Source: an uncultured Bacilli bacterium
GTDB taxonomy: Bacteria > Bacillota_I > Bacilli_A > RFN20 > CAG-631
Length of the DNA: 64,000 bases
Assembly (NCBI GenBank): GCA_947599835.1
Contig: CANQFQ010000003.1
Location: 68,072 to 132,071 of the forward strand
Reading direction: 5' to 3'
Shown here: in pieces, positions 59,597 to 64,000 of the stretch
Layout of the letters: the number at the start of each line of letters is the position of its first letter
Position numbering within the stretch: position 1 is the first letter of the stretch
Position numbers and translations under genes: made by a program
Notes under the pieces: generated by a model
Told to the model about the DNA's origin: nothing
Seen by the model: the letters and a program-made list of their open reading frames with translations, nothing else
The model's database searches: none

Positions 59597-60460
59597 ATGC
59601 TAATTAAAAATGATATCGATTTAAAAGCGTATTATCGATTTGTAGAATTTTTGTTAAAATTAGTTAATTATGATTTACCTCATGAACGATTTAAAAATAT
59701 TATATTAGATAATTATAAAGTCGAAAGTAACGAAGAAAAAGAAGTTAAACAAACAGCTAACGCTTATTTATATGCGATGAATAATATAAATCAAAGTTTT
59801 AGCAAAGAAATTATGCAAGATATATATTATTTATTAACGCATAAACAATTAAATGAAAAAATATTAAATGAGTTATTAGAAATATATTATATGAATTTAA
59901 ATGAAGATGTGCTTTATATAGCAAGCAAGCTTCATTTAAAAATAATCGAAAAAGTAAAGAAAAGGAAAATAGAGTTCGCCTTCATAATCACCAATTGGAT
60001 GATGTTAAAAAAACAAAGAAACCCAATAATTCTTTATGAAAATGCATTTAAAAGATATAAAACAATTATCAAAAAGAAAGAACAAAAAGAATTAATGCTA
60101 TTATTTATGTCCTCTGAAATTGATGTAAACCCATATCCAAAAAACGAAGAAATAGATAGAGATATAATCATAAAAATAATAAGAAGAAATAAATTAAAAA
60201 TAACACAAGAATATCATGTTAATCATTTATATTTGTATGGTTCCTATGCTAAAGAAAGAACAACCAAGCAAAGTGATTTAGATTTGTTAGTCGTATTTGA
60301 TGAAAGTTTAATACCATTAGAAAAAGCAATAATGACCAAAAGACTTAAAGACTTTCTAGAAGAAAAAATTAAAATTCAAGTTGATATATTAACATTTCAA
60401 CACGCTTTAAGTTCACTCGATTTGTCAGAAATGGAAAATATTCTTTCAATCATATCGTAA
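59597..60460 (+). CDS. Fusion of a degenerate Fic-like helical domain and a C-terminal minimal nucleotidyltransferase (MntA-like)
   Basis: C-terminal LYLYGSYAKE...SDLDLLV...VDIL (GS, DxD, D). N-terminal helices resemble Fic but lack HPFxDGNGR. Confidence 0.75.
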   Translation: MLIKNDIDLKAYYRFVEFLLKLVNYDLPHERFKNIILDNYKVESNEEKEVKQTANAYLYAMNNINQSFSKEIMQDIYYLLTHKQLNEKILNELLEIYYMNLNEDVLYIASKLHLKIIEKVKKRKIEFAFIITNWMMLKKQRNPIILYENAFKRYKTIIKKKEQKELMLLFMSSEIDVNPYPKNEEIDRDIIIKIIRRNKLKITQEYHVNHLYLYGSYAKERTTKQSDLDLLVVFDESLIPLEKAIMTKRLKDFLEEKIKIQVDILTFQHALSSLDLSEMENILSIIS

Positions 60461-60479
60461 AACAAGAAAGGGGAAAAAT

Positions 60480-63400
60480 ATGATTAAAATTATTAGCAAT
60501 AAGACATCGCCAGCCAAAATAGATATTCAATCAAAGTTTTTAAGAGACAAAACAAATTTTATAACACCTACGGATGGTTTAGTAACCCAAGTAAAGCAAA
60601 ACACCTTATTATTTGTTTATTTAAAAATATCCGGATTATTAACAGGAGAAATATATAATAGAATATCCTTAGCGATAGCATATGAAGTTCCAGCAAGCAA
60701 ATGTGAATTACAAGTCATAAGTTGTAAGAATGCAACATTTACAGAAAGTTACATGAAAGAAGTTGCTAATAGTATAACAGGAAATGAAACCATTGAAGAT
60801 AGAGCAACGATATCTGCTGATGAATATAGTATAACTTCAAGTTCGACCGAGAAAAACATCAAAATAGTAACCTTTGATGTCACGAAAATAGCAAGGCAAA
60901 AACTAGGAAATAATCCACAAATCATGTTTGTTATCAAAACAGATTATACAGGTAAAGATTTAAATATTTATGACCCCGCATTTGTTGCAAAGGAAAATGA
61001 ATGTTGTAGTGCCTCCACATCTAATTTTGGTGGATTAAATAGATTTTATAAATATGAAAATGTAACACTCGAAAATGTGGGTAGTGCCTATGTAAATATG
61101 TTTAATCAAAATTTAATATTTGTGGTGAATGGTTTAACATCATTAAGTAGTAGAGCGCCCATTTCTTATTCAACAATTTATAATAACGCTAAAACAAACG
61201 AAAAAGCTTTTCTAGCCCAACAATTAACACCATCATTTCAATATACAATTAGTTTAGTTGGCAACGATTATTCAATTGAAGATGCATCAGGAAATAGAAA
61301 TTATTATCGCAAGATAGATACAACAACAGATGAAGGAAAAGAATTTATAAAAACATATAAAATTAAAAACAGTAACAAAGATTTAGGAACGTTGTATTTT
61401 TGTAATGTTGATAATTCTTATTTCTACTTAAATAATTCAACATCCAGCTTAGAAAAAATCAATTATTATGACCAAGCACAAAATCATCTATATTTTGAAG
61501 TAACAATAACCTCGGGAGCAAGATTTACAAAACTAATCACTCAGTCTAACAAATTTGGCGATACAATCACCTATAATTGGAATGACCAAAAATTAAATAC
61601 GATAAAAAACAAAGATGAAGAAACCGTTGTTTTTTCATATGATACAAGTGATCGAATTTCAACCGTTTATTTTAAATCCTTAAATCAATATATTGAATAT
61701 AGTTATGTTTTAAGCCAATGGCGAATCAATATTGCAATTTATAGTGGAAATCCAGAAGAAACGACAAAAACATTATTAACAGAAGCACAATTAAACTATA
61801 ACGAATATTATTCTGGTTCCGTTGCAAAAAAATTATTAAGCAATGTAGAAGATAAAATTACCGGTGAAAAGGTAAGTTTTGATCAAAATTATAATGCTAT
61901 AATCAGTGGTATGACACTTACCAATGGTGCAAATAGGAAAATGTATAGTAGCATCTATTCCTATAGTTCCTATTGTATGAAAGTTACACCATATAATAAC
62001 AAAAATTACTATTACTATTTTGATGAATTTGGCAGATGCAAATTAGAAATGGATTATAAGTGTCGTACCATCACATATAATTATCAAGAAATATCCAATG
62101 ATATGCCTGTATTATTAAATGGAGTTTCAAGTATTCAAACAAACTCAAGAAACCTACTAGAAAACCATAGCTTTGAAAATGATGAAGAATTATTTACCGA
62201 TAGTTCTTTTGGTTGGAAAAGAGAGGGTGATTTTAATTCTATAGTTAAAACAATGCCAGGTGGCGTTTATGGAAATAAATATTTATTTATTCATAAAGAA
62301 GAAGACGATCAAGTATTTATTTATCAAGAAGGAAAAGCAACCAGTGTTGAAAACACCCTATTAAAAGGCTTTATAAAATATAAATCAACCACTGAAAATA
62401 AAGAAATCAGTGAAGGTAACATAATCATTAGAGTAAGTGGAACTTTTGAAATAGATGAAACAGGTCCAAAGAGATATTTAACTGAATACCGGAAATTTTC
62501 TGGAAAAAGTGATTGGACACCTTTTGAAATGAAAATTGATTTTCCTAGTAATGCTTTAAATATCACATTTAAAGTTGAATTTATTCTTTCGGGTCTTAAT
62601 TCTTTTGAAGTTGGCATTGATGATTTACAATTATGTTGTGGAAAACAAAAAGTAAGATACAATCTAATTGAAAATGGCTATCTAGAATTTGAAGAAAACA
62701 AATTGCCAAAAGGATTTTTGTTTTCAGAAACAACAGCCAATGATCAATTAGTGACAGAATTAGACGATGCTCACCACAGGATTTTAGGTGAGAAAGTCAT
62801 GAAATTTGAAGGAATAAAAGAAAAATATGCGCTAAAGAAAATGAGAAAAGAAGTGCAATGTAAAGGACTAGCAGGAGATCACTTAATCTTTAGTGTATTT
62901 GGAAAAGCAAACGTGGGTGGTAATAGTATTTTTAGAAGTACATTCACCATTTATGATACAAACAATGTGTCCGAGACATATTATTTTGATTTTGATAAAA
63001 ACTTCAAGAATTGGCAAATGTTAACCAGAGCAATAACAGCCAAAAAAGACTATCAAAAAGTAATTATAGGCATTGACTATGATGGCGGAAGTGATGCTTA
63101 TTTTGATGCATTTCAATTATATAAAGATGCATACGGTAAATATTATAATCACGATATCATCGGAAATATTACCGAAGTTATCGACGATTCTGGCAACAGT
63201 ACAAGGCTAGCATACGATGAAGATAATAATGTTAGAGAAGTATTTTCGACAGATGGAAGTTGTATGAAATACAACTATGATACAAATGGACGACTAGAAA
63301 GTGTTACCGACTTAGAAGGTAATCAAATTGATTTATCCTATGATACAAATGATTACATAAATAAGATTGTTTTAACTCCGTCTGGAGCCACATCAGACGA

Positions 63401-64000
63401 AGTAATAACCATTTCAAAAACAAATAATATTTATGGTGCATGTACTTCACTAACTGATGAATTTAACAATAAAACAACATACACTCTAAATTCTTTAAAT
63501 CAACTACAAAGCTTATTGCTTTCAAATACATTAACGCTTAATTATTTATACAATAATGATTTAACTTTAAATAACATAAACGCTACTGTAAATGGAACAA
63601 CAATAAAAAACAACTATTTATATGATGAAAAGAAAAACATCAAAACAATCAATGGTTCAAATGGAACAAAATATGATTTAACATATGATGAATTCCAAAG
63701 AATAAACAAAATTGAATGTAATGGTGAAGTTATAAATCAATTCAAATATGATAAAGTAACAAATAATGTTTATGAAGACTTAATCACCTATAAACAATAT
63801 GGAACAACCGGAGATTATTTTGAATTTAGTTATAACAACGAAAATCAAATAGAAACCATATCCTTGAATCAAAATCAAATTGTGAAATACATTTATAATG
63901 AAGAAGGTCAAATATGTCAAGTTGATGATACAGCAAACAAAAAATCATTATATTATTCATATGATTTAAAGGGAAACATCATTAAAATTGTCGATAAAAA
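60480..64000 (+). CDS. Large WapA/Rhs (YD-repeat) protein, 3' partial (>1170 aa)
   Basis: AAAGGGGA RBS and ATG at 60480. The frame stays open to the window end, which is why it is absent from the ORF track. WapA-like block GSAYVNMFNQNL...PISYSTIYN, CBM-like NLLENHSFE and NLIENGYLE domains, and YD repeats (YDTNGRLESVTD, YDEFQRI, YNEEGQI, YDLKGNI). Confidence 0.88.
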   Translation, partial: MIKIISNKTSPAKIDIQSKFLRDKTNFITPTDGLVTQVKQNTLLFVYLKISGLLTGEIYNRISLAIAYEVPASKCELQVISCKNATFTESYMKEVANSITGNETIEDRATISADEYSITSSSTEKNIKIVTFDVTKIARQKLGNNPQIMFVIKTDYTGKDLNIYDPAFVAKENECCSASTSNFGGLNRFYKYENVTLENVGSAYVNMFNQNLIFVVNGLTSLSSRAPISYSTIYNNAKTNEKAFLAQQLTPSFQYTISLVGNDYSIEDASGNRNYYRKIDTTTDEGKEFIKTYKIKNSNKDLGTLYFCNVDNSYFYLNNSTSSLEKINYYDQAQNHLYFEVTITSGARFTKLITQSNKFGDTITYNWNDQKLNTIKNKDEETVVFSYDTSDRISTVYFKSLNQYIEYSYVLSQWRINIAIYSGNPEETTKTLLTEAQLNYNEYYSGSVAKKLLSNVEDKITGEKVSFDQNYNAIISGMTLTNGANRKMYSSIYSYSSYCMKVTPYNNKNYYYYFDEFGRCKLEMDYKCRTITYNYQEISNDMPVLLNGVSSIQTNSRNLLENHSFENDEELFTDSSFGWKREGDFNSIVKTMPGGVYGNKYLFIHKEEDDQVFIYQEGKATSVENTLLKGFIKYKSTTENKEISEGNIIIRVSGTFEIDETGPKRYLTEYRKFSGKSDWTPFEMKIDFPSNALNITFKVEFILSGLNSFEVGIDDLQLCCGKQKVRYNLIENGYLEFEENKLPKGFLFSETTANDQLVTELDDAHHRILGEKVMKFEGIKEKYALKKMRKEVQCKGLAGDHLIFSVFGKANVGGNSIFRSTFTIYDTNNVSETYYFDFDKNFKNWQMLTRAITAKKDYQKVIIGIDYDGGSDAYFDAFQLYKDAYGKYYNHDIIGNITEVIDDSGNSTRLAYDEDNNVREVFSTDGSCMKYNYDTNGRLESVTDLEGNQIDLSYDTNDYINKIVLTPSGATSDEVITISKTNNIYGACTSLTDEFNNKTTYTLNSLNQLQSLLLSNTLTLNYLYNNDLTLNNINATVNGTTIKNNYLYDEKKNIKTINGSNGTKYDLTYDEFQRINKIECNGEVINQFKYDKVTNNVYEDLITYKQYGTTGDYFEFSYNNENQIETISLNQNQIVKYIYNEEGQICQVDDTANKKSLYYSYDLKGNIIKIVDK

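Noticed and set aside
59597-60460. Ordinary MNT-HEPN toxin-antitoxin pair or CBASS-type cyclase
   Set aside because: No adjacent HEPN (RxxxxH) gene within the window, and the NTase domain is minimal (~100 aa) without CD-NTase architecture or effector genes.
704-62662. Many 60-120 aa ORFs antisense or out of frame to long genes (e.g. 1878-2183, 20191-20535, 26486-26851, 60749-60937, 62324-62662)
   Set aside because: They lie inside well-supported genes, lack RBS and motifs, and are typical shadow ORFs. The last two are antisense to the Rhs ORF.

Overview
AT-rich chromosomal window from a low-GC Bacillota (Bacilli) genome that reads with genetic code 11. It mixes Mollicute-like traits (Alu-less ~75-nt SRP RNA, KtrB with an SDTGL pore motif, OppD with a ~370-aa insert) with endospore genes (ydcC, DUF378/yuzA, cotJB/cotJC and a probable shrunken spoIIR). 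By inference this is an uncultured gut Bacilli lineage. Most of the window is housekeeping and metabolism: rex-ktrA, an EF-G2-type fusA paralogue, yaaA, an oppABCDF operon ending in a degenerate ApbE-like gene, a Clp ATPase, TldD/TldE, two alpha-galactosidases, nucleoside kinases, the tmk-holB-ricT-rsmI-metG-proS-mnmG-rsmG run, a secreted nuclease, ktrB and nrdDG. Two loci stand out. (1) At the right end, a compositionally distinct two-gene unit encodes a pseudo-Fic/minimal-nucleotidyltransferase fusion with no HEPN partner, followed by a signal-peptide-less WapA/Rhs-type protein of >1170 aa that is missing from the ORF track because it runs off the window. (2) The opp operon has a circularly permuted OppA, a Cys-rich OppB, a coiled-coil-inserted OppD and a motif-degenerate ApbE-like gene. 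No rRNA, tRNA, CRISPR array or intact transposase was seen. All family calls come from motif recognition by eye, not from database searches.
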